This document shows, piece by piece, positions 22,995 through 33,009 of a stretch of 40,031 nucleotides of DNA. The stretch's first letter is position 1. Each line of letters opens with the position of its first letter. The translations under genes were made by a program, and so were the position numbers. The stretch spans positions 1 to 40,031 of the IMG/VR virus record IMGVR_UViG_3300037540_000292. The stretch is one strand, 5' to 3'. The notes under the pieces were generated by a model. It saw only the letters and a list, made by a program, of their open reading frames with translations, was not told the DNA's origin and made no database searches. This stretch comes from a virus.

Positions 22995-24883
22995 TGGCTG
23001 ATAGAAGATTTGATATATCCATCATATTGGGGATGGTTGATAAAGCGTCCAAACAATTAAAAGGAATTAATGGTTGGGTTAAGAAAAATGAGGAGCAATT
23101 TCGGCAATTAGGAATAGCAGCTGGCGTTATGGGTGCAGCTGCAGCTGCTGGAATAGCTGTGGCAGTCAAAAAAGCGTCTGATTTAGAAGAAGTTCAGGCA
23201 AAATTTAATACGGTTTTTAGAAATAACACTAAATTTGCCGAAGAAAGTGTCAAAATTTTACGGGAAAGTTATGCCCTTTCCGAAATTGCGGCTAAAAAAT
23301 ATCTTTCTTCTGTTCAGGATTTGCTTGTTCCGATGGGGTTGCAAAGAGAAGCGGCTTCTAAACTCTCAAATGAAGTTGTTAAACTTGCGGCTGATTTAGG
23401 TTCTTTTAACAATATGCCGACAGAAAAAGTTATGATGGATATTCAATCGGCACTTGTCGGAAATTTTGAGACAATGAAAAAATACGGCGTTGTCTTAAAT
23501 GAGACACGGACACAACAAGAGGCTATGAATCTTGGGCTTTGGAATGGTAAAGGATTAATTGACGCAAGCGCTAAAGCACAAGCGGCTTATTCTTTAATGA
23601 TAAAGGGAAGTTCGGATGCGATGGGTGATATGCAAAGAACGTCTCAATCTTTTGCTAATCAAATGAAATTTACACTGGCAAAAATAGACGATATGACTGT
23701 TGCATTGGGAAAAGGATTTTTGCCAGTGGCAACGAGGCTTTTTAACGTCTTAAACAAAGATGTAATACCTATTTTAACAGCATTTTTAGAAGAGGAAGAA
23801 AATATAATAAAAATTACGAATTTTACGGTTAATAGTATTAAATTTTTGATTAATGTCGTAATGGGACTTGTAGGTGCTTTTGATTTGGCAGGGCAAGGAA
23901 TAGCGTCCTTTGCTGCTTTAATGAGTGGGCAAATCAAGGCAGCTGCTTTAGGATTTGAGGAATTGGGCGATAAGGTTATGGCTTATGGAGAGCAGATTAA
24001 AGCAATTGCGAAAACAAATTCCGAAGAATTTGTAAAGTCGGACAAAAAAGTCATGGCAAGTGCCGTAGAAAAAAGCAATTTTGTATTACAAAAACAGATG
24101 GAAGAAAATGAGCAGTTTTTACAAAATGCCATAATTTTTGCCGAACAAAGAAAAGAGACTGAAAAAGCAACATTAGATGAAATGAAAAAATTGAGAGAAG
24201 AAAGCAATCAGACATTTATTGGTGGTTGGCAAAATGCAGTGCATGAAGCACAAAAAACAAGTATTAATTTTTTCAAGCACACACAAACTTTATTCTCCGC
24301 ATTTACTTCTGCCGTCTCATCTGGTTTTGAAGATATGTTATTAAATATACAAGATGGATGGTCTTCGGTTATGGGTGGTATGCAAAAAATAGCAGAAGGT
24401 TTGAGAAATGCCATAGTTAAGGTTATCTCCGATATAGCAGCTGAATGGATTGTAAAACATGCACTTATGAAAGCAGCTACATTAGCTTGGAAGGCAATTG
24501 AAATAAGTGCATCCGCTGCTGTAGCTGCCGCACGCGCAGCTGCTGCAAGCGCTTGGAGTTTGTGGGGAGCAATAGCAATCGGAGCTTCTGTTGGTATAGC
24601 TGTTTTGGCGATGGCTAATCAGTTTGCGAAAGGCGTAGACAATTTTTCTGGTGGACTTGCCTTAGTAGGTGAACGTGGCCCCGAATTAGTTAATCTTCCC
24701 GCTGGTTCAAGTGTTTTTTCTAATCGCAAATCACAGACTATGCTTGCAAGTGCTAATGGTGGGATAAATATCACGGTTAACGTTACTGGAAATCAAATTT
24801 TAGACGAGACAGGAGCAGAGGGATTGGCAGACAGAATCGGCGAAGTAATTATGCAAAGAGTAAAGGACGAAAGAAACGTATGA
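22994..24883 (+). CDS. Tail tape measure protein
   Basis: 629 aa, helical and Ala-rich, with hydrophobic segments, in the canonical position after the chaperones. Confidence 0.88.
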   Translation: MADRRFDISIILGMVDKASKQLKGINGWVKKNEEQFRQLGIAAGVMGAAAAAGIAVAVKKASDLEEVQAKFNTVFRNNTKFAEESVKILRESYALSEIAAKKYLSSVQDLLVPMGLQREAASKLSNEVVKLAADLGSFNNMPTEKVMMDIQSALVGNFETMKKYGVVLNETRTQQEAMNLGLWNGKGLIDASAKAQAAYSLMIKGSSDAMGDMQRTSQSFANQMKFTLAKIDDMTVALGKGFLPVATRLFNVLNKDVIPILTAFLEEEENIIKITNFTVNSIKFLINVVMGLVGAFDLAGQGIASFAALMSGQIKAAALGFEELGDKVMAYGEQIKAIAKTNSEEFVKSDKKVMASAVEKSNFVLQKQMEENEQFLQNAIIFAEQRKETEKATLDEMKKLREESNQTFIGGWQNAVHEAQKTSINFFKHTQTLFSAFTSAVSSGFEDMLLNIQDGWSSVMGGMQKIAEGLRNAIVKVISDIAAEWIVKHALMKAATLAWKAIEISASAAVAAARAAAASAWSLWGAIAIGASVGIAVLAMANQFAKGVDNFSGGLALVGERGPELVNLPAGSSVFSNRKSQTMLASANGGINITVNVTGNQILDETGAEGLADRIGEVIMQRVKDERNV

Positions 24884-25167
24884 GTCTTGACTATAAGGTT
24901 ATAGTAAGAACGTCAGAGCCTACTGAACAGGCACTAAAGGAAGACGGTAATTTTTGGATTAATCCGTTAGTTTCTTTAATTGCTTTATATATTAACGGTT
25001 GGAATTTAATCTCAAACGATGACGAAATTACGTCTTATAGTCAAGGAACTTTCAATAAAAGTTTGATTAATCAGGAGAATCAACCAGTTGGAACTCTTGG
25101 TGATTTGTGGTATCAACCAGCTGCTAATCAGATGTATGTATTTTTGAAAAATTGGGTTTTAATTTAA
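24880..25167 (+). CDS. Hypothetical tail protein
   Basis: 95 aa with an ATGA overlap. It shares a W-x-x-P...Y-[IV]-[YF]-L...W motif with the N-terminus of the next gene. Confidence 0.7.
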   Translation: MSLDYKVIVRTSEPTEQALKEDGNFWINPLVSLIALYINGWNLISNDDEITSYSQGTFNKSLINQENQPVGTLGDLWYQPAANQMYVFLKNWVLI

Positions 25168-26795
25168 TGGCAAGTTTATTTATTATTTCTGAAGATATTC
25201 CTAATTTCCAAATTGATGGTAAGTGGTGGATTAAGCCATCTACCGGTCAGAGTTATATTTATTTAGATGGCGAATGGCGACCAAAACTATCATTTGCACC
25301 ATTTGCGATTCAATTTAATTTTCCTTTGACAATTTTTATAAACGGGATTGACAGAACTTTTAATCTTGATAAAGAGTCGTTGAAAATTACAAGTATTTTA
25401 ACGCAACAAATTGATTCGGCAAGTTTTGTATTAGAAGATTATGAAAATTTGGTTAGTCCTATCCCGGGCGAAGAGATAGTAATTTGGTGGAAGGAGACTG
25501 AATTATCTACTCCTATAAAGATTTTTGCAGGCGAAATAATATCTGCACCAAAAGTTGAAACTGCTCCCGGGCAATTAAGTTTTAAGTATTTGGTAAATTG
25601 CAATGACTATTCCAAACGCCTTAAAAAAACTTTAGCAGTTGAGTCTTATGAAAACGTCTTGGCTGGTGATATTGTCAAGGATTTGATTGACAATTATTTT
25701 CCCGAATATACTTATAATGCCGTTGAAAATGGTGCGGTAGTATCTTTTATTGCCTTTAATTATAAACCCATTTTCGAGTGCATAAAAGAATTGGCAGAAT
25801 TAGTCGGGTTTGATTGGTATGTAGATTTTGATAGAGACATTCATTTTTTTGCCAAAGAAACAAATATAGCTCCATATAATTTGACTGAAAATTCTGATAC
25901 CGGTCATTATAAAAATCTTAAAATATCGGTTGATAAAAGTCAATTAAAAAATAAGATAATAGTTAGGGGTGGATATTACTTAAGCAATCTTTATCCGCAG
26001 AAACGTGAGGCAGACGGAACGCAAACGTCATTTAATCTTGATTATTTTCCACGCGAGCCAATATCGGTATATGTAGATTCTGGTGCTGGATACGTCCAAA
26101 AAACTTTAGGCATTGACAATATAGACTCATCAGGTTTTGATTTCGTAGTAAATATCAATGAAAAAGTTATAAAGAATTTAGATTTTGCCACTTTATCGTC
26201 CGGAGATAAAATAAAAATAACTTACAAATATGAAGTGCAAGTTTTGACACAAGATACAGATAATGAAAGTATTAAACTAATAAAAGAAATAGAGGGTGGA
26301 GATGGTCTTTATGAAGATATTATAGTTGATACTACCATACAAAGCATAGAGACTGCACACACCAGAGCATCAGCGGAACTTGAGCAATACTCTAATCCGA
26401 TAATTAAAGGTAGTTTTATTTCAGATCAAGACGGCTGGAGAAGTGGTCAGTTATTATCAATTAATATGCCTAGTTGGGGCTATGCTAATCGTGAGTTTTT
26501 GATTCAGACTGTTACCCAAACATTAAAAGGGGATAATACTTTTTGGTATACCATAATCTTTGCCACACGTCTAAAAGGACTTACTGAATTTTTGGTTGAT
26601 TTGTTTGACAGGGGCAGGGAAATAATTGTTAGAGAAAATGAAACTTTGCACGATTTAGAAAAAAACGAAATATCAAGGATAAATATGTTTGACGTGCCTG
26701 CTACTTATCAAGAGTTTACACCGCCTTTCGTATGGTCAAATGACGCAGGCACTACACTTAATAAAGGGATTTGGAATGAAAGTCAATGGTCTTGA
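25167..26795 (+). CDS. Tail tip / baseplate-hub-like structural protein
   Basis: 542 aa after the tape measure. IFECIKELAELVGFDWYVDFDRDIHFF resembles distal tail or hub proteins. Its ATG overlaps the upstream stop (TAATG). Confidence 0.7.
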   Translation: MASLFIISEDIPNFQIDGKWWIKPSTGQSYIYLDGEWRPKLSFAPFAIQFNFPLTIFINGIDRTFNLDKESLKITSILTQQIDSASFVLEDYENLVSPIPGEEIVIWWKETELSTPIKIFAGEIISAPKVETAPGQLSFKYLVNCNDYSKRLKKTLAVESYENVLAGDIVKDLIDNYFPEYTYNAVENGAVVSFIAFNYKPIFECIKELAELVGFDWYVDFDRDIHFFAKETNIAPYNLTENSDTGHYKNLKISVDKSQLKNKIIVRGGYYLSNLYPQKREADGTQTSFNLDYFPREPISVYVDSGAGYVQKTLGIDNIDSSGFDFVVNINEKVIKNLDFATLSSGDKIKITYKYEVQVLTQDTDNESIKLIKEIEGGDGLYEDIIVDTTIQSIETAHTRASAELEQYSNPIIKGSFISDQDGWRSGQLLSINMPSWGYANREFLIQTVTQTLKGDNTFWYTIIFATRLKGLTEFLVDLFDRGREIIVRENETLHDLEKNEISRINMFDVPATYQEFTPPFVWSNDAGTTLNKGIWNESQWS

Positions 26796-27291
26796 TTTCT
26801 TATCAATAAAAGGAAAAGTAAAGTTTATAGAATGCGACGCATTAAAATATCCCAATTTTTCAGACGTTGAAAAAGCAATTAAAAATGATGAGGCAATTGT
26901 TAGCATGTGGCATATAAACATAATCCCCACAGTTGGAAGGATAGCCATAGCAAGACGTCTTGCTAATATCGGACTTAAAGCTAACGAAAGCATAATCACT
27001 TATGGAGCGGTCGGAACGGGAACGTCTAATCCAGAAAATGCAAACGTTAAACTTGATAATGAAGGTTTTAGGAAATTAGTTGCCTCTACGTCTTATAATC
27101 TTAACACTGCTGAAATAAGGATATTTTTTAATACAAGCGAGGCTAATGAGACATGGACTGAATATGGGCTATTTGGAGAAGACGCAACGGCGAGTGCTGA
27201 TAGCGGAACATTATTTGAAAGATTATTGATTAATAAGACGAAAACAAGTGCGAAAACGTTAACGATTATTTCGCAAATCACAATTAATTGA
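26776..27291 (+). CDS. Hypothetical virion protein
   Basis: 171 aa from the internal ATG of track ORF 26689..27291, whose upstream part overlaps the previous gene. Confidence 0.65.
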   Translation: MKVNGLDFLSIKGKVKFIECDALKYPNFSDVEKAIKNDEAIVSMWHINIIPTVGRIAIARRLANIGLKANESIITYGAVGTGTSNPENANVKLDNEGFRKLVASTSYNLNTAEIRIFFNTSEANETWTEYGLFGEDATASADSGTLFERLLINKTKTSAKTLTIISQITIN

Positions 27292-27308
27292 AAGGAAGAA
27301 TTAAAGTT

Positions 27309-27686
27309 ATGATTTATTCGTTTGAAGCAGAAGAATTTATTAAGTCGCTAAAAGAATTTTCAAAGGCAGATTTTGAAAAATGGTTTAAGGTGAATGTAGT
27401 AATTGGGTCTAATAATTTACGTCAGTATTTAGCCGAAAAAAAGCATTGGCAAAATGATTGTAAATGTATGTATGATTTTTTTGAAGTACCTTTGAGTCCA
27501 CAAACAGAATTTTTAATAAATTCCATAAAGAATAAAATTGATATAAACGATTTGAGACGATGGTTTATTAATTCTGTAATAATTGACGTAAAGAATATCT
27601 TGGAGTATTTATTTTGTTTAGAAAAATCAAAACAAAAAATAATTCAACCTAAATTAGAGGTTTTGCAAAATGGCACAAAGCTCTGA
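27309..27686 (+). CDS. Hypothetical protein
   Basis: 125 aa from ATG 27309. The track start at 27288 is a TTG. Confidence 0.6.
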   Translation: MIYSFEAEEFIKSLKEFSKADFEKWFKVNVVIGSNNLRQYLAEKKHWQNDCKCMYDFFEVPLSPQTEFLINSIKNKIDINDLRRWFINSVIIDVKNILEYLFCLEKSKQKIIQPKLEVLQNGTKL

Positions 27687-28434
27687 AGTTTTTGCAGGCG
27701 ATGACATATTAGCGTCTCAATATAATAATCTCCGCAAGGATACTATTGACACGTCTTTGGGGCATACTCATAACGGAGCAGATAGTAAGACTTTGGCTAT
27801 TGATGGCGTCGGAAATTCGCAAATACAAAATAATGCAGTGGACAATAATAAAATTGCAGACAATTCAGTTTCTAATTCAAAATTACAGGCTGCTGCTGTT
27901 AGTGAGACTAAAATTCAAGACGGAGAAATCACGGTTGCTAAACTTAAAAACATTTATCGGATACTTGATGACGAGGGTGCTTTTACGAGTTCAAAAACAA
28001 TCTCTGGGCTTGATGGCGATACTTATAGAAATTATCATCTTGAAATTTATGTGGCACATTTTTCATATTTTACTTTAGGAATTGCTTTTAACGGAGATGG
28101 TAGTGCTATTTATAGTTCTCAAGGATTTTACACAGATGGGGGAACTGTGACACCAGAATTCACAAGTGGGCAACCAAATATGAAACTTACCTTTTGGCAA
28201 ACTATATTAGACGCATTTTTTACCGTTGATATTTACACTAAAATTAGAACTGGTGGGACGAAACATAGAATGATTAAGTTTGACGGAACAGAACAGGCTG
28301 TGTCTGTTTCGGGTAAATATTTTGCTGGACGTGGAGCGTGGCCAAATGTTTTAGATAATATCACGTCAATAAATATAGTTTTACCAATTACTATAACAGA
28401 GGGATATTTTAGACTTTGGAGAGGGACACAATGA
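27670..28434 (+). CDS. Tail fibre protein (short)
   Basis: The N-terminus FAGDDILASQYNNLRKD...GHTHNGADSK, plus repeats of the I-x-[DN]-x-[AS]-V-x-x-x-K-[IL] type, are typical of fibre proteins. The C-terminal module is paralogous to part of the next gene. Confidence 0.75.
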   Translation: MAQSSEVFAGDDILASQYNNLRKDTIDTSLGHTHNGADSKTLAIDGVGNSQIQNNAVDNNKIADNSVSNSKLQAAAVSETKIQDGEITVAKLKNIYRILDDEGAFTSSKTISGLDGDTYRNYHLEIYVAHFSYFTLGIAFNGDGSAIYSSQGFYTDGGTVTPEFTSGQPNMKLTFWQTILDAFFTVDIYTKIRTGGTKHRMIKFDGTEQAVSVSGKYFAGRGAWPNVLDNITSINIVLPITITEGYFRLWRGTQ

Positions 28435-31400
28435 GGAAATATCTTTTAATTTTAGCATTATTTTTACCATCAATCTTGCAAGCAGGATATTATGACTTGC
28501 AACATAATAAAGTTATAAGAGATACTACCACGATATTAAATGATTGGGAATGGAGAGGAAATTTTTCAATTGGGCAAGATACCTATACTATTAATCTTGA
28601 TAACATTCAAAAGGGAATTATTTTATATGGAACGGGGACGGTAAAGTCAAATGATTTTAGGGGAGATGGAAGTTTGCTTGAAAATATAAAACCTTCCAAT
28701 ATCTCCGCTGGCATTTTGCCTAATGATGTATTAGCTTCATCCCTATTGCCTAATACAAGCAATCAGCCTTATGTTGTTTGGGTAACTTCTGCTATTTTTT
28801 CTCTCAATGCCGCTGGTGGTGTTGGTGGTGGTGGGGATACTTTGCCAATAGGTACAATCATACCTTACATCAGCACAAGCAGTATTCCAACCGATTATTT
28901 ATATTGTGATGGAGATGAAGTTTCACGTGAAACATACGGGGAGCTATTTGACGTGATAGGTGTTCAATTTGGAGTTGGAGATGGTTCAACTACTTTCAAT
29001 TTACCAGATTTTAGGGGCGTTGTACTAAGGGGATTGGACGATGGTAGGGGATTTGATTGGCAAGGTTCAACAAGAGTTGTTGGAAGTTATCAACAAGACT
29101 CACTTCAAAACCATACGCACGATTTAAGATTTAATAGTAGTGGTTCTGGCTCAACTGGAGATTTTGACGAATATATAAATTCCGTTCAAAATTATCCCAC
29201 ATGGCAACAGAACGCTCCTTTGTCGGTTTACAATGTATTAGATACTACCTATACTAAAACAAATTCCGAAGAAACCGTGATGAAAAATGTTGCCGTGCCT
29301 TTTCTTATAAAATATCGTCTATCTGCACAATTACAAAGAGCGATAACAGCGGATAAAACTTGGCGTGTTCTGGATACGATAATAGTGACTGAAGCGACGA
29401 ATACTATAACAATTAACGGATTGAATGGGAATGTAGATAGCCGCTATAAAATAAATTGCCGTTTTATAGATGGGGCAGGAGCAATAACAAACGTTTATTT
29501 TTTACGAATCAATGGGGATTCTGGTACGAATTATGGATACCAAAACATACAAGGAGCGGCTACAACTCCAACAGCATTTAGAGATTCTGGTACTATATTT
29601 ATGTATGTTTCCGAAGGCAATTCCTCTGGAGCTGTTTCACAATCTGAAAGTTTGTTATATGCGAGTAGCGGTTCTGTACGCTCAATGTTAACAACTACCA
29701 GTTTAGACATGACAAGTAATATCGTGCCTACTATTAGAACTCACGGTACAAGTTGGAATAATATCGTTGATAATATAACGTCTGTTGAAATAGGCAGCAA
29801 TCAGACTGATGGAATGGCAGCTGGAACTGTGGTAGAAATTATGACGCTTTCTACAGCTACGGTAGCGGTTGGTGTAGCGTCGCAGGTTAGCGCAATCGGA
29901 GACGCTGTAATACAAGCGGATCAAGATTGTGATAATAATGGTTTGTTGAGATTTAGAGTTAAGGAGCAAGATATTATTACTGCCAATACGTCAAGAATTG
30001 ACTTAAACAGAGACACTTATTTGCTTGGCGAAAGTTTGTCTTTCAAGTTTGGAACTATTGCACAAGATACAACTACTCTCCGCATCGATACCAATAATAA
30101 AATTGATAGATTTAGAAATATAATTTTTCGTCCTGCCACCTCAACCACGACAGTTCAACAAATAATTAACTCAATTAATGACAACTGTGCTACATGTCAA
30201 TATGTTATCAAGCTGGATTATGGATGTATAGACGAAGATTTGGTTGTAGAACCTTATGTGTCATTAGAGGGTTTTGGATATAATGGTACACAGATAAGTA
30301 GCATAACAGTTTTATTTGAAGAAACGATAGCAGTCCCGTCCATATCGGATACTATTGTTTTTAAGAATATTTCAATTGAAAATTATTTTGACGCTATTTT
30401 AAGAAATAATTACAAAACATTATCTATGATTAATTGCATTGTTAGGGCTTCGGCAACTTTTACTGCCGATAATTTAACGGAGATATTTAATTTTGTAGAT
30501 ACTGTTTTTAATGCGAAGCCCGAATTTTTAGACACGGCATTAGTTTCTGGAAATTCTACCGAATTTTCACAAGGAATTGATATAAATAATAATATCAAAG
30601 CACAACTTAGTGGTGGCGAAATTAACGGAGTAGTAACGCTTAATAATTCAAGTAATCTTGTTATTAAAAATTCAGCCGTTGAGGCAATAACAGACTCTAT
30701 CTTTTGCGAATATATTGTAAATGATACGTCAGTTTTAAACATAGACCCAGATACTTTGGCGATGGCTAAAATAACAAATAATACCGGTAGTAACGAATAC
30801 GTTGAGGTTATGGGTGGAATATCTGCTGGAGTTATATCTCCGATTCCTATTATCACTAAAAACGTCGGGAATAGCATAAATATATCAACTGCAAGATGTT
30901 TTGTTTTTGACAATCCTAATCAATTTGGACTCCCAAGACGATTTAATGTGCCTGCCGTTTCTTCCCAAACAATTGTGGATAAAACCAATAATTATGTTTT
31001 GATTGACTACAACAATGGCTCTCCTATATATCAGGTTTCAACGACAAATAGTAATAATGAAAGTGATACTATTTTGGTTTATAAAGTTTATCTCGAGAAT
31101 GGTGTAATCCATTCCGTCTCTAATGATTTGTCAGGTGAAGGTTTGCCAAATAAAATATTAAAAAGAATTAACAATGTAGAGGGGTTTGGTAGGGATTATG
31201 GTATTGAATTGGGAACTGGAGCATTACAGTCGGTAACAGTTTCTGAAGGGGTCGGATGGGAAGGTGTATCTGAAATTTCGTTTAATGTTTTTTCTTCAAC
31301 TTCGAATGATTTTGAATTTTATTATACTACTTCGTCTGGTGCTAACTGGATAAGAATATCGACTTATACCGCTTACATTAACGATAGATACCAAACACCT

Positions 31401-32726
31401 ACTGGACTTGTTAATTTATTACCCGGGAGACATGTTTGTAATTATATTTACAGAGGGATTGAAACAGATGCTCACGTTTATTTTATTTTGGGCGGACAGC
31501 ATACAACTGTCGAATTGGCAAGAGATGAATCAATTCCGACATCAAGACCGCCAGTAATAAATGAACACGCAGTTTATATCGGAAAATTAATCATCCATGA
31601 AGATGGATTTGCCGAAGAAATAGTATCGGGTTGGGAAGTTAGTGCTGACGGTGTTGGAACATCTGACCATTTGTCATTATCAAATCTCAACGCTGGCGAT
31701 GGTGTTGGAAATCACGCTAATGCAGCTAATTTGCAGGGTCGTGCAGGCGGTCAGACGCTAAACGGTGGAACTGGTGCTGGTGAAAATTTGACATTAAATT
31801 CAACGTCAAATGCGACTAAAGGCGGTGTCTTTGTAAGCACGTGGGCTGTTTTTGATTGTGCAAATAATCGTCTTGGGATAGGAACTACTCAACCATTTAA
31901 TATATTCCATTCAATTGGAAATGCCAGTTGGTTTCAGCGTTTCAGTGGAACGCCTGCGGCTGGTGCAAACAATATTATTGCGAAAGGAAGAGGAACTGAA
32001 TCAAGTCCGTCTGCTTTACAAAATGGAGATAAGATAGGTGTATTAGCCTATATGGGTTATGATGGATCTTCTTGGATGGCAAATCCTTATTCAGCAACTA
32101 TCATTGCTGAAGTAGACGGAACTGTATCAACAGGCGATGTTCCGGGAGCAATTTATTTCCAAACAAAATCTCAAGGCGGAAGTTTGACAGAAAATATGCG
32201 AATAACCTCTTTTGGAACAATTTTTATGCAAAATTTATCAGGCTCAACTGGAGAATCTGATTTGCGGTATAATACTACGACAAAAGAAATTTTTTACGAC
32301 ACATCGTCGGAAGACTACAAGGAAAATATATCAACGACTACATCAACTAATTGGATTTACGATGTTACTGTTAAACAGTATAATCGTATCGGAGACATAG
32401 AAAAAGAAACTGGACTTATTGCTGAAGATTTGGAACTTGTAAAGCCTGAATTTGTCAATTATGCAATTTTTGAAAAAAATGGAGAAGATTGGATACCTAT
32501 AAAATCTTATAAGAATATCTCCGATTATTACAATATTGAACCTAATATAGAGGTTCAAGCAGATTTAATAAGAGAGATTGACAGTGGTGAAGAAATTGAA
32601 GAAATAGAGGAAATTAAAACAATCAAAAAACGCCCTGTGGGTATCAATTATAGTGGGTTGATTCCCGTTATAATTAAAGAGTTGCAGTTATTGAAAAAAC
32701 GTGTTGAAATTTTAGAGGAAAAATAA
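28431..32726 (+). CDS. Large tail fibre / receptor-binding protein with a phage tail collar domain and a C-terminal S74 intramolecular chaperone domain
   Basis: Collar domain: PIGTIIPY...YLYCDGDEVSRETYGELFDVIG...GDGSTTFNLPDFRG (about 28840..29050). S74-like domain: SSEDYKENI...GLIAEDLELVKPEFV...INYSGLIPVIIKELQ (32304..32723). ATG 28431 overlaps the upstream stop. Confidence 0.88.
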   Translation: MRKYLLILALFLPSILQAGYYDLQHNKVIRDTTTILNDWEWRGNFSIGQDTYTINLDNIQKGIILYGTGTVKSNDFRGDGSLLENIKPSNISAGILPNDVLASSLLPNTSNQPYVVWVTSAIFSLNAAGGVGGGGDTLPIGTIIPYISTSSIPTDYLYCDGDEVSRETYGELFDVIGVQFGVGDGSTTFNLPDFRGVVLRGLDDGRGFDWQGSTRVVGSYQQDSLQNHTHDLRFNSSGSGSTGDFDEYINSVQNYPTWQQNAPLSVYNVLDTTYTKTNSEETVMKNVAVPFLIKYRLSAQLQRAITADKTWRVLDTIIVTEATNTITINGLNGNVDSRYKINCRFIDGAGAITNVYFLRINGDSGTNYGYQNIQGAATTPTAFRDSGTIFMYVSEGNSSGAVSQSESLLYASSGSVRSMLTTTSLDMTSNIVPTIRTHGTSWNNIVDNITSVEIGSNQTDGMAAGTVVEIMTLSTATVAVGVASQVSAIGDAVIQADQDCDNNGLLRFRVKEQDIITANTSRIDLNRDTYLLGESLSFKFGTIAQDTTTLRIDTNNKIDRFRNIIFRPATSTTTVQQIINSINDNCATCQYVIKLDYGCIDEDLVVEPYVSLEGFGYNGTQISSITVLFEETIAVPSISDTIVFKNISIENYFDAILRNNYKTLSMINCIVRASATFTADNLTEIFNFVDTVFNAKPEFLDTALVSGNSTEFSQGIDINNNIKAQLSGGEINGVVTLNNSSNLVIKNSAVEAITDSIFCEYIVNDTSVLNIDPDTLAMAKITNNTGSNEYVEVMGGISAGVISPIPIITKNVGNSINISTARCFVFDNPNQFGLPRRFNVPAVSSQTIVDKTNNYVLIDYNNGSPIYQVSTTNSNNESDTILVYKVYLENGVIHSVSNDLSGEGLPNKILKRINNVEGFGRDYGIELGTGALQSVTVSEGVGWEGVSEISFNVFSSTSNDFEFYYTTSSGANWIRISTYTAYINDRYQTPTGLVNLLPGRHVCNYIYRGIETDAHVYFILGGQHTTVELARDESIPTSRPPVINEHAVYIGKLIIHEDGFAEEIVSGWEVSADGVGTSDHLSLSNLNAGDGVGNHANAANLQGRAGGQTLNGGTGAGENLTLNSTSNATKGGVFVSTWAVFDCANNRLGIGTTQPFNIFHSIGNASWFQRFSGTPAAGANNIIAKGRGTESSPSALQNGDKIGVLAYMGYDGSSWMANPYSATIIAEVDGTVSTGDVPGAIYFQTKSQGGSLTENMRITSFGTIFMQNLSGSTGESDLRYNTTTKEIFYDTSSEDYKENISTTTSTNWIYDVTVKQYNRIGDIEKETGLIAEDLELVKPEFVNYAIFEKNGEDWIPIKSYKNISDYYNIEPNIEVQADLIREIDSGEEIEEIEEIKTIKKRPVGINYSGLIPVIIKELQLLKKRVEILEEK

Positions 32727-33008
32727 ATGGGGCATGAAACTAAAAACGATATTGAAACTATTCAAAAATATAGCAATACATCAAACAATAACTGGATTAA
32801 ACTTGTTCAACTTTTAATTCCGGTAATTTTTTATGCCATAATTGGCTTGGTAGGTATAATTTTCGGTTCAAGATTTTTTGAAAATCACGAACAAAGAATC
32901 ACCAAAAATTCTGAAAAAATTATAGAAGTGAATAATGATGTTATTACTATGAAATCGGACATAGGTTATATCAAAGATACTTTAGATGAAATAAAAGACA
33001 AATTTTAA
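32727..33008 (+). CDS. Single-TM protein with a C-terminal coiled coil (weak holin candidate)
   Basis: 93 aa, with TM segment LVQLLIPVIFYAIIGLVGIIFG. The functional call is speculative. Confidence 0.6.
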   Translation: MGHETKNDIETIQKYSNTSNNNWIKLVQLLIPVIFYAIIGLVGIIFGSRFFENHEQRITKNSEKIIEVNNDVITMKSDIGYIKDTLDEIKDKF

Positions 33009-33009
33009 T

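Noticed and set aside
27746-28078. 110-aa same-strand nested ORF in the short fibre gene
   Set aside because: The translation is L/I/R-rich with no protein-like pattern and no RBS. I used it as the contrast case for the nested ORF in the MTase gene.
30410-30913. 167-aa minus-strand ORF inside the large fibre gene (also 29703..29969, 32343..32558 and other antisense ORFs in the track)
   Set aside because: It is fully antisense to a gene with recognisable domains, and it has no start context or motifs. The genome is otherwise unidirectional.
27670-32726. Diversity-generating retroelement targeting the fibre genes
   Set aside because: The window has no reverse transcriptase ORF, and I saw no near-identical template/variable repeat pair. 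The two similar fibre modules are diverged at the protein level, not by adenine-specific changes.
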